Origin: Gammaproteobacteria bacterium
GTDB taxonomy: Bacteria > Pseudomonadota > Gammaproteobacteria > JAJFKG01
Assembly: GCA_965116795.1 (NCBI GenBank)
Contig: OZ220716.1
Coordinates: 746,503-810,502, forward strand
DNA length: 64,000 bases
Reading direction: 5' to 3'
A model generated the notes under the pieces. It did not search any database and was not told the origin of the DNA. It saw only the letters and a list, made by a program, of their open reading frames with translations. The translations under genes were made by a program, and so were the position numbers. Shown here piece after piece: positions 18,650 through 28,988 of this stretch (position 1 is its first letter; every line of letters begins with the position of its first letter).

Positions 18650-20293
18650 ATGAAAGCATCTGATCAGTTTATAAAAGCATTAGAAAATGAAGATGTTGAG
18701 TATATTTTTGGGATCCCAGGTGAAGAAAATTTAGATTTATTAGAATCAATCCGCAATTCTCAGATTAAATTGATTATTACTCGTCATGAACAAGCTGCTG
18801 GTTTTATGGCAGCAACTTATGGGCGATTGACAGGTAAAACAGGTGTGTGTTTGTCGACACTTGGCCCTGGTGCGACTAACTTTGTGACTGCAGCAGCATA
18901 TGCCAATTTAGGTGGTATGCCAATGTTAATGATCACTGGGCAGAAACCAATTTTAAAAAGTAAGCAGGGACAATTTCAAATTGTTAATATTGTTGAAATG
19001 ATGCGCCCATTAACTAAGTTTACTCGGCAGATTGTCAATGGTAATCACATTCCCTCATTAATTCGAGAAGCATTTCGTATTAGTCAAGCCGAACGTCCAG
19101 GTGCTGTACACTTAGAATTACCCGAAGATATTGCCCAAGAAGATTGTGATGCTTCGTTATATACAGTTACCAAACTGACATTACCTCATCCAGATGCAGC
19201 CAGTATTAATGCTGCAGTTGAATTAATTCAAGCAGCAAAACGCCCATTAGTATTGATCGGTGCTGGTGGTAATCGCAAAGCAATTTCTGCTGCATTGCGT
19301 CAATTTATTGATAAAACAGATATGTATTTTTTCAATACGCAAATGGGAAAAGGTGTACTAGATGAGCATGATCAACGTTTCTTGGGGACAGCGGCCTTAT
19401 CTAATAATGATTATGTACATTGTGCAATTAGCCGTGCTGATTTAATCATTAATGTGGGTCATGATGTGATTGAGAAACCGCCTTTCTTCATGCAGCTTGG
19501 CGAAAAACGTAAGGTTATTCATCTTAATTTTTTTCCAGCAAATATTGATGAAGTATATTTCCCAACACTAGAAGTGATTGGCGATATTAGCTGTGCATTG
19601 CAACAGATAACAGACTTAATTAAAAAACAATCACATTGGGATTTTGCTTATTTTGCTACGATCAAACAAGAAGTTGATCAACATATCAGTCAACACAATG
19701 ACGACCCACGTTTCCCAATCATGCCACAACGGTTAGTTCATGATGTACGTCGTGTATTACCCAAAGATGGTATTGCTGCGTTAGATAATGGCATGTATAA
19801 GATCTGGTTTGCACGTAATTTTAGTGCCTTTAATGCAAAAACATTACTATTAGATAATGCATTAGCTAGCATGGGTGCTGGGTTGCCTTCAGCAATTGCT
19901 GCTAAGATTGTCCATCCTAAGCGTAACGTGATAGCCATTTGTGGTGATGGTGGTTTCATGATGAATTCGCAAGAATTAGAAACTGCAGTGACACTTGGGC
20001 TTGATTTAGTGGTTATTATTATTTGTGACAAAGCATACGGTATGATCAAATGGAAACAACAAGCAATGGGTTTGCATGATTTTGGTTTAGATTACAATAA
20101 TCCTGACTTTGTGACATACGCCAAAGCTTATGGCGCAACAGGTCACCGTATTACACAAACCGATCAATTTGCACAGACATTAACAACATGCTTACAACAA
20201 AAAGGTGTACATATTATTGAAGTGCCTGTAGATTATTCAGAAAATATACGCGTGTTAACAGATGAGTTGTTAGCGAAAACGTGTACCTTATAA
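18650..20293 (+). CDS. Acetolactate synthase large-subunit-like ThDP enzyme
   Basis: FGIPGEEN, RHEQAAGFMA, TLGPGATN, GDGGFMM ThDP motif; no small subunit adjacent. Confidence 0.9.
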   Translation: MKASDQFIKALENEDVEYIFGIPGEENLDLLESIRNSQIKLIITRHEQAAGFMAATYGRLTGKTGVCLSTLGPGATNFVTAAAYANLGGMPMLMITGQKPILKSKQGQFQIVNIVEMMRPLTKFTRQIVNGNHIPSLIREAFRISQAERPGAVHLELPEDIAQEDCDASLYTVTKLTLPHPDAASINAAVELIQAAKRPLVLIGAGGNRKAISAALRQFIDKTDMYFFNTQMGKGVLDEHDQRFLGTAALSNNDYVHCAISRADLIINVGHDVIEKPPFFMQLGEKRKVIHLNFFPANIDEVYFPTLEVIGDISCALQQITDLIKKQSHWDFAYFATIKQEVDQHISQHNDDPRFPIMPQRLVHDVRRVLPKDGIAALDNGMYKIWFARNFSAFNAKTLLLDNALASMGAGLPSAIAAKIVHPKRNVIAICGDGGFMMNSQELETAVTLGLDLVVIIICDKAYGMIKWKQQAMGLHDFGLDYNNPDFVTYAKAYGATGHRITQTDQFAQTLTTCLQQKGVHIIEVPVDYSENIRVLTDELLAKTCTL

Positions 20294-20303
20294 GGATAAA
20301 TAG

Positions 20304-21695
20304 ATGACGAATTTAAATGTTTTTTCTCCGTACGATGGTCATTTAATTAAAGGTATTGAATTATTAACTGAATCACAAGTTGAGTCTGCATTAGCTACAG
20401 CGTATGCCACATTTACTGATCGTAGTCAGTGGTTATCTATCCCCGAGCGCATTGCTATTTTAGAACGGATGTATGTGTTGTTTACTGAACAGCAAAAAGC
20501 ATTAGCCAAACAATCTGCGGAAGAAGGTGGCAAGCCGTTAGTCGATTCGTTGATTGAAGCCGAACGTGCAGCACAAGGTATTAAAGTCGCGATTGAACAT
20601 ATTAGCCAAATGACGGGTCGGGAAATTCCAATGGGATTAACCAAGGCCAGTGAACAACGCATTGCATATACCTTGCGTGAACCAGTCGGTGTAGTATTGG
20701 CAATCAGCGCATTTAACCACCCGATGAATTTAGTGATTCACCAAGTGATCCCAGCCATCGCTGTGGGTTGTCCTGTGTTAATTAAACCGGCGAGCACAAC
20801 ACCTTTATCATGTTTTGCTCTTGTTGAATTATTACATGAGGCAGGGTTACCGAAAGCTTGGGCACAAGTGATCATGTGTGACAGTAAGGTAGCAGAAAAG
20901 TTTGTATCTGATCCGCGCATTAGTTTTTTATCGTTTATTGGCTCTGGTCGTGTTGGTTGGCATTTGCGATCATTATTACCACCAGGTGTGGGCTGTACAT
21001 TAGAACACGGTGGTGCTGCCCCAGTCATTGTTACTCAAGATGCAGATATCGATGCAGCGGTGCCATTGTTAACAAAAGGTGGTTTTTATCATGCAGGACA
21101 AGTGTGTATTTCAGTACAACGTGTTTTTGCACATCAAGATGTCGCAAAACGCTTAGCAAAAGGGATGACAAAATTGGCTGAACAGTTAATTGTTGGTGAT
21201 CCAGTTGATCCAAAAACGGAAGTAGGCCCATTAATTAGTGAGACTGAAGTGGATCGGGTTGCTGAGTGGGTAGATGAAGCAGTAAATGCTGGTGCAAAGG
21301 TATTATGCGGTGGTAAACGGTTATCAAAAACGTGTTATGCGCCGACAATTTTATTGAATCCACCATTGGATGCTCGCGTGTGTCGCGAAGAAATTTTTGG
21401 GCCGGTTGTGTGTATTAATACCTATCAAGAGTTAGATGATGCAGTGAATGCGGCTAATGTGTTGCCATTTTCATTTCAATCAGCAGTATTTACCAAGAAC
21501 ATTGATACGGCATTCGATCTAATTAAACGTTTACAAGCTAAAACGGTGTTAATCAATGATCATACCGCGTTTCGTGCCGATTGGATGCCATTTGCTGGAC
21601 GTAAACAATCTGGCTTTAATACCGGTGGCATTCCCTATTCAATGCATGACATGACCCATGAAAAGATGCTGATCATTAAATCGGATGTGTTGTAG
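20304..21695 (+). CDS. Aldehyde dehydrogenase family protein
   Basis: AFNHP, KPA..TP, FIGS..VG, LEHGG, AGQVCIS catalytic Cys, EEIFGPV. Confidence 0.95.
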   Translation: MTNLNVFSPYDGHLIKGIELLTESQVESALATAYATFTDRSQWLSIPERIAILERMYVLFTEQQKALAKQSAEEGGKPLVDSLIEAERAAQGIKVAIEHISQMTGREIPMGLTKASEQRIAYTLREPVGVVLAISAFNHPMNLVIHQVIPAIAVGCPVLIKPASTTPLSCFALVELLHEAGLPKAWAQVIMCDSKVAEKFVSDPRISFLSFIGSGRVGWHLRSLLPPGVGCTLEHGGAAPVIVTQDADIDAAVPLLTKGGFYHAGQVCISVQRVFAHQDVAKRLAKGMTKLAEQLIVGDPVDPKTEVGPLISETEVDRVAEWVDEAVNAGAKVLCGGKRLSKTCYAPTILLNPPLDARVCREEIFGPVVCINTYQELDDAVNAANVLPFSFQSAVFTKNIDTAFDLIKRLQAKTVLINDHTAFRADWMPFAGRKQSGFNTGGIPYSMHDMTHEKMLIIKSDVL

Positions 21696-21709
21696 CATAT
21701 TCACGATTT

Positions 21710-21837
21710 TATACTCAAAGCGTTTTAAATTTAGGCGAGGCGGCAAGCTGTCGAACAAAAGGAGTGTATTGAAATACATGACTTTTGTGAGATCAGCGCA
21801 GCCAACAAAGTCCTAAATTTAAAACGCTTTGAGTATA
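21710..21837 (+). repeat. Family A palindromic element (intact copy)
   Basis: TATACTCAAAGCGTTTTAAATTTAGG ... CCTAAATTTAAAACGCTTTGAGTATA 26-bp perfect terminal inverted repeat. Confidence 0.92.
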
Positions 21838-21844
21838 GACAGAT

Positions 21845-22855
21845 TCAACTTGCCTGCATTAATGCCATTGTGGTATCTAACATCCGATTAGAAAACCCCC
21901 ATTCATTGTCATACCAAGCCAGTACTTTGACAGTGTTGCCAATAACTTTAGTTTGTGTGGCATCGAATGTAGATGAATTAGGATTATGATTAAAGTCAAT
22001 CGAGACTAATGGTAATTCGTTATAACCTAGCACAGCGTTTAAATCAGTTTCTGCAGCCTGTTTAATCACTTGGTTTACTTCATCAACACTGGTATTGCGC
22101 GCAGCGACAAATGTTAAATCAACAACCGAGACATTGATTGTTGGTACTCGAATAGCAAAGCCATCTAGTTTGCCAGCTAATTCCGGAATAACCAAGCCAA
22201 CGGCTTTGGCCGCTCCGGTTGATGTTGGGATTAATGATTGAGTCGCCGAACGTGCACGACGCAAATCTTTATGGTGTACATCTGTTAACACTTGATCGTT
22301 AGTGTAAGCATGAATTGTATTCATTAATCCAGATACAATGCCGATTTTTTCATGCAATGGTTTGACGATTGGTGCTAAACAATTTGTAGTGCACGATGCA
22401 TTGGAAATGATAGTATCACTACTTTTTAATACCCGATGGTTAACACCATATACAATCGTTGCATCAACATCAGTGCCAGCTGGTGCAGAGATAATCACTT
22501 TTTTAGCCCCAGCATTGATATGGGCTTGCGATTTATCGCGGCTTGCAAAATGCCCCGTGCATTCATATACAACGTCAACATTCATACTACCCCAAGGGAT
22601 GTCACTTGGATTGCGTTGCGAAAATACACGAATTTTATCGCCATTTATCACTAAATTATCACCATCAACACCGACTTCTGCATTAAAGTGTCCGTGTACG
22701 GAATCATAACGAGTTAAATGAGCATTAATGTTAATGTCACCTAAATCGTTGATAGCGACAATGTTAATATCGTTGCGACGTTTATTCTCATACAGTGCGC
22801 GTAATATATTACGTCCGATGCGCCCATAACCGTTGATAGCGACGTTGATGGCCAT
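21845..22855 (-). CDS. gap: Glyceraldehyde-3-phosphate dehydrogenase type I
   Basis: [28 protein letters not shown]; start refined to the ATG after GAGGGA. Confidence 0.96.
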   Translation of the reverse strand: MAINVAINGYGRIGRNILRALYENKRRNDINIVAINDLGDININAHLTRYDSVHGHFNAEVGVDGDNLVINGDKIRVFSQRNPSDIPWGSMNVDVVYECTGHFASRDKSQAHINAGAKKVIISAPAGTDVDATIVYGVNHRVLKSSDTIISNASCTTNCLAPIVKPLHEKIGIVSGLMNTIHAYTNDQVLTDVHHKDLRRARSATQSLIPTSTGAAKAVGLVIPELAGKLDGFAIRVPTINVSVVDLTFVAARNTSVDEVNQVIKQAAETDLNAVLGYNELPLVSIDFNHNPNSSTFDATQTKVIGNTVKVLAWYDNEWGFSNRMLDTTMALMQAS

Positions 22856-22993
22856 AGTTTCCCTCATGTTTTGTTGATGAATTTACGATGTTAATTTAGT
22901 GTGTGAATTGTAAAACAATTAATACGATTTTTCTATATCAGCGATGGGTAACATTAGTGTATTATTATTTAATTGTGTGCACAAAAGCTAATT

Positions 22994-24991
22994 TTACTGC
23001 AAACATGCCTCAATAACCGCATCTGTGGTGAGCCCAAGATATTCGAATACTTGCGCTGCAGGTGCTGATTCACCAAAACGGTTAATGCCAATGATAGTGC
23101 CTTGATCACCTACCCAACGGTACCATGATTCTGGACTACCGGCTTCAACGGCAACACGTTTATTAATAGTGCTAGGTAATACGGTTTCTTGATAATCTTT
23201 AGATTGCTGGCTAAATACATCGAGACAAGGCATAGATACCACGCGCACGTTTATATTATGCTGTTGTTGCAAGCGTGTTTGTGCAGTACATGCTAATGAT
23301 ACTTCTGAACCGGTTGCGATGATGATTGCATCAATGGGTTTGGTTGGCTCACTGTCACGTAACACATAACCACCACGACTGATCTGTTTAACTGCATCGT
23401 CATCGCGTGCCAGTGTTGGCAAGTTTTGTCGTGATAGTAATAAACAGCTTGGGCCGGTGCGATGTTCAATACTGTGTTGCCAAGCAACAGCTGTTTCAAC
23501 ACTGTCTGCTGGACGCCAAACATTTACATTTGGGATCAAGCGTAAACTGGCTGTGTGTTCAATTGGTTGATGTGTTGGTCCATCTTCACCTAATCCAATT
23601 GAATCATGTGAATACACTAAAATAGTTTGTATTTGCATTAATGCTGCTAAACGTACAGCATTACGTGCGTAGTCGCTAAATACTAAAAATGTCCCAGTAT
23701 ACGGAATGATACTGCCATGCAAACGCAAGCCATTGGCAATTGCTGTCATCGCAAATTCACGCACACCATAGTGAATGTAATTACCACTGTAATCAGTTGC
23801 AGTTAATGTACGACATGCCTGCCAATTCGTGCAATTTGATCCGGTTAAGTCAGCTGAACCACCGACTAATTCAGGTAAGATCGGTGCAATCGAATTTAAA
23901 CAATGTTGTGATGCTTTGCGAGTAGCAACCGTTTGTTGCTGTTGTTGTAACTCTGTAACTAATGTTGTTATTGTTTGTGACCAGGTTTCTGGTAATTCAT
24001 TGTTAAGTCGCCTGTTTAATTCAGTAGCCAATTTAGGGTGTGTTTGTTGATATGCTGTCAATTGTTGTTGCCATTGACTAACGTGTTGCTCGCCTTGTTT
24101 ACGTGCATCCCACGTTTGATAGATATCATCTGGGATCACAAACGGTGGGTGTGGCCAGTTAAGTTTTTCACGGGTATTTGCAATTTCAGCATCGCCTAAT
24201 GGCGCACCATGGCTTTTTGCAGTACCAGCAACTGCTGGTGAACCAAATCCGATCACTGTTTTACAGCAGATTAAACTGGGTTTATCGCTAACTGCTTTTG
24301 CAGCAGTGATCGCTGCGTCAATTGCCTGTGGATCATGACCATCAACATTATCGATAACATGCCAATGATACGCTGCAAAACGTTGTGCGGTGTCGTCAGT
24401 AAACCAACCGCTGACATCACCATCGATCGAAATACCATTGTCATCCCAAAATACAATTAATTTACCTAAACCCAGTGTGCCTGCTAATGAACAGGCTTCG
24501 TGAGAGATCCCTTCCATTAAACAACCATCACCTAAAAATGCATACGTGTAATGATCGATAATCTGAAAATTAGGTTGGTTAAATTGGCTAGCCAAGTGGC
24601 GTTCAGCGATTGCCATGCCAACCACGTTGGCGATGCCTTGTCCAAGTGGACCGGTTGTAGTTTCAACACCGGGGGTGATCCCAAATTCAGGATGGCCAGG
24701 TGTTTTAGCGTGCAATTGTCGGAATTGTTTTAAGTCATCAATACTAAGGGGGTAACCCGTTAAATGCAGTAATGCGTATTGCAGCATTGAACCGTGACCA
24801 TTAGATAACACAAACCGATCGCGATTAAACCACTGTGGGTTGTTAGGAGCATGACGTAAATGTTGATGCCATAATACGGTAGCAATGTCAGCCATACCCA
24901 ATGGCATGCCTGGATGACCTGAATTGGCTTGTTGTACCGCATCCATACTGAGTGCGCGGATGGCATTAGCGAGATCATGGTGATTAGGCAT
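22994..24991 (-). CDS. tkt: Transketolase
   Basis: [42 protein letters not shown]. Confidence 0.97.
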   Translation of the reverse strand: MPNHHDLANAIRALSMDAVQQANSGHPGMPLGMADIATVLWHQHLRHAPNNPQWFNRDRFVLSNGHGSMLQYALLHLTGYPLSIDDLKQFRQLHAKTPGHPEFGITPGVETTTGPLGQGIANVVGMAIAERHLASQFNQPNFQIIDHYTYAFLGDGCLMEGISHEACSLAGTLGLGKLIVFWDDNGISIDGDVSGWFTDDTAQRFAAYHWHVIDNVDGHDPQAIDAAITAAKAVSDKPSLICCKTVIGFGSPAVAGTAKSHGAPLGDAEIANTREKLNWPHPPFVIPDDIYQTWDARKQGEQHVSQWQQQLTAYQQTHPKLATELNRRLNNELPETWSQTITTLVTELQQQQQTVATRKASQHCLNSIAPILPELVGGSADLTGSNCTNWQACRTLTATDYSGNYIHYGVREFAMTAIANGLRLHGSIIPYTGTFLVFSDYARNAVRLAALMQIQTILVYSHDSIGLGEDGPTHQPIEHTASLRLIPNVNVWRPADSVETAVAWQHSIEHRTGPSCLLLSRQNLPTLARDDDAVKQISRGGYVLRDSEPTKPIDAIIIATGSEVSLACTAQTRLQQQHNINVRVVSMPCLDVFSQQSKDYQETVLPSTINKRVAVEAGSPESWYRWVGDQGTIIGINRFGESAPAAQVFEYLGLTTDAVIEACLQ

Positions 24992-25002
24992 GTGATTTCC
25001 TG

Positions 25003-25180
25003 TAGCTTTTCAGAAAAATAAATTGGATTTTATCATGTCATCTTGAGCTCATCTAGGCGGGTTGCTCATTCAAAAAATACTCAAAATAGCCCAACTATTC
25101 TTCCGCTTTTTTTCAATCGCAACCCGACTACCTAAACCCAATCTGAACGCTAAAATCCAATTTATTTTTCTGAAAAGCTA
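25003..25180 (-). repeat. 178-bp palindromic element, family C
   Basis: TAGCTTTTCAGAAAAATAAATTGGATTTTA terminal inverted repeats; homologous over its full length to 41550-41727. Confidence 0.92.
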
Positions 25181-25306
25181 TTTTGTTAATAAAAATGACT
25201 TGGACTATGGCTCAAAGCGGGCGCTATTTTGGCGTACAATATCCTATAACGCAAATCCTAAATGATCCTGATACACTGTATGCTTAGCCACAAGGAGAGT
25301 TAATCC

Positions 25307-26086
25307 GTGATTAAACTGGCCACTTGGAACGTCAATTCATTGCGAGTGCGTTTACAACATGTCTTAGATTGGTTATCAACACATCAACCTGATTGCTTAG
25401 TACTGCAAGAAACTAAAACCATTGATGCTGATTTTCCAGCTGCAGCCTTACAAGATGCAGGCTACCATGTCACCTATACTGGACAAAAAACGTATAATGG
25501 AGTTGCTATTTTAAGCAAACAAATGCCAAGTGATATTGTAATAGACTTACCTGATGTTGAGCCTAGCCAACGGCGTTTTATCGCCGCTAGCATCGGCACA
25601 TTGCGCATCATCAATGTGTATGTACCCAATGGTGCAAGTCTTGATTCACCAAAATTTCCATATAAATTAGATTGGCTGGCTAAATTGGCTGCATATTTAC
25701 AGCAACAGACCCAACAATACACACACGTTGCTGTCATGGGCGATTTTAATATTGCACCAAGTGATACAGATGTCGCACAACCGGAGCGTTGGCAAGGTAG
25801 CGTATTAGTCAGTGAACCTGAACGCGATGTGTTTAATGCATTATTAACGGTTGGATTTGCTGATCTGTTACAGCAACAAGGTAATGCAACCGGTACCTAT
25901 AGTTGGTGGGATTACCGTGCTGGGGCATTTCATAAAAATTTAGGATTGCGTATTGACCACATTTTGGTAACTCCAGCGTTGGCTACCTGTGCCAAGCAAT
26001 GTGGGGTTGATAAACACCCGCGTACCCTAAAACGCCCTTCGGATCATGCGCCAGTGTGGGCAGATTTTGCATTGGATCTGAATTGA
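25307..26086 (+). CDS. xthA: Exodeoxyribonuclease III
   Basis: TWNVNS, LQETK, YNGVA, NVYVPNG, GDFNIA, WWDYR, RIDH, SDHAPV. Confidence 0.95.
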   Translation: MIKLATWNVNSLRVRLQHVLDWLSTHQPDCLVLQETKTIDADFPAAALQDAGYHVTYTGQKTYNGVAILSKQMPSDIVIDLPDVEPSQRRFIAASIGTLRIINVYVPNGASLDSPKFPYKLDWLAKLAAYLQQQTQQYTHVAVMGDFNIAPSDTDVAQPERWQGSVLVSEPERDVFNALLTVGFADLLQQQGNATGTYSWWDYRAGAFHKNLGLRIDHILVTPALATCAKQCGVDKHPRTLKRPSDHAPVWADFALDLN

Positions 26087-26259
26087 ATTATTACCAATAT
26101 AATCAACAAGTTAATGGTATTATTTTTTTGTTTTCATCATCTTGCGTGCTGTGTAGGTAACCGTAAGACTGTTATGGTTGCGATGATGGGTAATTTTGGT
26201 TACTATCCGCTTCCGTTATTTAGTTACATATTTTGCTCAATGTAGAGGTTTTAGAGATA

Positions 26260-26511
26260 ATGCAAGCGGACATCCATCCAAATTATGGCGACATCAAGGC
26301 GACATGCAGTTGTGGTAACAGCTTTACCACCAGTTCAACGTTGGGCAAAGATTTGCATTTAGAAGTGTGTTACAAGTGCCATCCATTTTACACTGGTAAG
26401 CAGCGTATTGTTGATACTGGTGGTCGAGTTGAATCATTTGCTAAACGTTATGGCCATTTGAAACCGAAAAAATCACGTGATGAGTCATCATCAGATGACA
26501 GCAATAAATAA
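26260..26511 (+). CDS. rpmE: 50S ribosomal protein L31 (Zn-binding C+ type)
   Basis: [28 protein letters not shown]. Confidence 0.95.
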   Translation: MQADIHPNYGDIKATCSCGNSFTTSSTLGKDLHLEVCYKCHPFYTGKQRIVDTGGRVESFAKRYGHLKPKKSRDESSSDDSNK

Positions 26512-26517
26512 TATTTA

Positions 26518-27084
26518 GTGTATTGTTGGCAACCTATTCACACTGAGCTGCAGTATCCATCTCATTTACATACCTGTTTTGCTAATAGAGGTTCGATGAC
26601 AACCTATCTTAAGCAATTAGGACAAGCATTGCAGGTATCGTTACTGTATCAAGGAGTAGCGCATACCGTACCTGATTCACATCGTTATATGGGTGTTTCA
26701 CCAATTGTTCCCATGTTTGTACGTCACGTTATTTTATTGAGTGATGCACAGCCTGTGTTATTTGCGCAATGTGTGATGTTAGAAGCCATGTCTCAACAAC
26801 ATGATAGTTGGTTACAACAGTTAGGTGAATACTCAATTGGTGAACAATTATTTCAACGCCCTCAGTTACAGCGTAGTAACATTGAAGTGGCGCAATTACC
26901 GGTGGATTCAAATTATCATCGTATCATGCCAGCTGAGTTGGCAATTAATCATTTGCCGCTTTGGGCCAGACGCTCACAGTTATATGATGATACAATTCGT
27001 GTTGGTGTGATCGAAGTGTGTTTGCCCACGTTGTTAAACCTAAAATCCGCAGTTGGATTGACGACGAGAAGGCTTAGTGTGTAG
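26518..27084 (+). CDS. ubiC: Chorismate pyruvate-lyase
   Basis: GSMT..L, VR.V.L, LG..SIG..LF, WARRS, IEVCLP; upstream of ubiA. Confidence 0.8.
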   Translation: MYCWQPIHTELQYPSHLHTCFANRGSMTTYLKQLGQALQVSLLYQGVAHTVPDSHRYMGVSPIVPMFVRHVILLSDAQPVLFAQCVMLEAMSQQHDSWLQQLGEYSIGEQLFQRPQLQRSNIEVAQLPVDSNYHRIMPAELAINHLPLWARRSQLYDDTIRVGVIEVCLPTLLNLKSAVGLTTRRLSV

Positions 27085-27213
27085 AAAAATTGATTTTTAA
27101 GATTTTTGGCGCAATCGTACTGCCCCCGTACGGTGAGTACAAAAATCTTAAAAATCGGCTTGAGATTCTAGGCAATAAGCCTTCGCAGACCGATTCAACT
27201 GCGGATTTTAGGT
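27038..27213 (+). mobile_element. 176-bp MITE-like element, family D, with TAA target duplication
   Basis: ACCTAAAATCCGCAGTTG ... CAACTGCGGATTTTAGGT perfect TIRs; TAA direct repeats at 27035-27037 and 27214-27216; RPE-like core CGTAC-loop-GTACGGTGAG. Confidence 0.85.
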
Positions 27214-27241
27214 TAAAACGACTGCAAGTGGATTAATTTTA

Positions 27242-28114
27242 ATGTCATCTTCATTAGTATTATCACAGCGTTTATTACGCTATGCGGTATTAGCAAGACT
27301 AAATAAACCCATCGGGATTTTGTTATTATTATGGCCAACGTTGTGGGCATTGTGGCTGGCGCAACAAGGTATGCCATCTTGGCATTTACTATGGATTTTT
27401 TGTTGTGGTGTTGTGGTAATGCGTTCTGCAGGCTGTGTGATCAATGATGTGATTGATCGTAAGCTTGATCCACACGTGATGCGTACTCAACAACGTCCAC
27501 TAGCATGTCATGTTGTGCAAGTACGTGAAGCAGTGTGGTTATTCATAGGGTTGTCGTTGTTGGGCTTGATTCTATTACTACAACTCAATGAGTTAGCAAT
27601 ACGTTGTGGGACTATAGCGCTTGGTTTAATTGTATTGTATCCATTTGCGAAACGTTATACGCATTTCCCTCAGGTTATCTTAGGATTGACTTTCTATACT
27701 GGGATACCCATTGCATTTGCTGCAACCCTCGGCCATTTTACCCTAATAACGTGGTGGTTATATATTATTGCTGGATTATGGGCGTTGATCTACGATACAT
27801 TTTACGCGATGGTGGATCGAGAAGATGATATAAACGTCGGGATTAAATCAACAGCGGTGTTGTTTGGCAAATATGACAGATTTACTTTGGGGATATTGCA
27901 ATTATTGTTGATTGTATTGCTATACCAACTTGGCCAGATTGCACAGTTACATTGGTCGTATAATGCTGCTGTAGCAGTGACTGGATTGGTATGTTGTTAC
28001 CATCAATATTTGATTCGTCAACGGCAACCAGCAGCGTGTTTTCGTGCGTTTTTACATAGCAATTGGATAGGATTTGTTGTATTAATTGGTATTATCTTTG
28101 GATTGTTTCGTTAA
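27242..28114 (+). CDS. ubiA: 4-hydroxybenzoate octaprenyltransferase
   Basis: R..KPIG.LLL.WP, RSAGCVIND..DR..D, YDT.YAMVDREDD...G.KSTA. Confidence 0.96.
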   Translation: MSSSLVLSQRLLRYAVLARLNKPIGILLLLWPTLWALWLAQQGMPSWHLLWIFCCGVVVMRSAGCVINDVIDRKLDPHVMRTQQRPLACHVVQVREAVWLFIGLSLLGLILLLQLNELAIRCGTIALGLIVLYPFAKRYTHFPQVILGLTFYTGIPIAFAATLGHFTLITWWLYIIAGLWALIYDTFYAMVDREDDINVGIKSTAVLFGKYDRFTLGILQLLLIVLLYQLGQIAQLHWSYNAAVAVTGLVCCYHQYLIRQRQPAACFRAFLHSNWIGFVVLIGIIFGLFR

Positions 28115-28126
28115 GAAATGACGATG

Positions 28127-28253
28127 TATATTCAAAGCGTTTTGAATTTAGGCGAGGCGGTAAGCCTTCGAATCAACAGGAGTGTATTCAAATACATGAC
28201 TGTTGTGAGGAAGCGCAGCCAACAAAGCATAAATTTAAAACGCGAAGAGTATA
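28127..28253 (+). repeat. Family A palindromic element
   Basis: TATATTCAAAGCGTTTTGAATTTAGGCGAGGCGG ... AAATTTAAAACGCGAAGAGTATA. Confidence 0.9.
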
Positions 28254-28337
28254 TATTTGCATTTGCAAAGAAACTTGATTAAGCTTAGCCGCACTGATTT
28301 TCCTGCTTATTCTATTTGATTTTAAAGAGAGGACAAT

Positions 28338-28988
28338 ATGGCAATACGTTTGCAGCAACATGCTTATCCAGTTATTGACATCATAATTAAAGAAGCAGCT
28401 GATGATGTACAAGCCGATGGTGATACGATTAGTTGTCATAAAGGTTGTGATCATTGTTGTCACTTATTAGTAGAAGTATCGACTGCCGAAGCTAAAGAAA
28501 TGGCATATTGGTTGTTACAACAACCTGAAGATGCTCGTGCTATGTTTTTGCAACGGATCCAACACAATGCTGCTGAGGCAAAAGAATTATTTTTGCAATC
28601 TCGTCGTGATAAGCAATATGTTGGACGTGTCTTTGATGATGAAGCAGAAATTTCCGAAGCTACTCATGATGCTTATTTTTACGATAAAAAACGGCCGTGC
28701 CCATTTTTGGCACCAGAAGGACATTGTCTTGCTTATGAAGTACGTCCTAGTGCATGCCGAATGCATTTAGTTACTTCACCTGCTGAATTATGTTCAGTTG
28801 AAGCTGGTGAAACAGATGATTATGAAATTCCTGATCGTATTGAAGACATGCGTGATGAAATTGCGCCCATTAACAGTGCTGTTAACGTCGAGCAAGGTTG
28901 GGGACAAATGTCGATCATGGTAGAGTTGGCGTTGGCTGATATTGCCCAAGAACAAGCAACCGGTGTTCCAGAGACTGCAGAAAATTAA
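28338..28988 (+). CDS. YkgJ-family (CxxCxxCC) cysteine-cluster protein
   Basis: CHKGCDHCC, CPFL, C..YEVRPSACR; AGAGGA RBS. Confidence 0.85.
   Translation: MAIRLQQHAYPVIDIIIKEAADDVQADGDTISCHKGCDHCCHLLVEVSTAEAKEMAYWLLQQPEDARAMFLQRIQHNAAEAKELFLQSRRDKQYVGRVFDDEAEISEATHDAYFYDKKRPCPFLAPEGHCLAYEVRPSACRMHLVTSPAELCSVEAGETDDYEIPDRIEDMRDEIAPINSAVNVEQGWGQMSIMVELALADIAQEQATGVPETAEN

Noticed and set aside
21750-21790. SECIS function for the ATGA/GA core of the repeats
   Set aside because: Only a superficial match to the eukaryotic quartet; no adjacent in-frame UGA selenoprotein
25062-25265. Similar short ORFs at 25062-25265 and 41516-41707
   Set aside because: Both are translations of the family C repeat; the similarity is at DNA level and no RBS is evident
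26101-26113. IHF-like site AATCAACAAGTTA
   Set aside because: A single degenerate match, expected by chance in AT-rich DNA
27215-27244. Ancestral ubiC-ubiA fusion
   Set aside because: Appears only if the target duplication is ignored; accounting for the TAA duplication gives a normal stop 5 nt before ubiA
28063-28278. Similar short ORFs at 28063-28278, 32677-32874, 32786-32971 and 4827-5105
   Set aside because: Reading frames running through family A repeats or overlapping real genes
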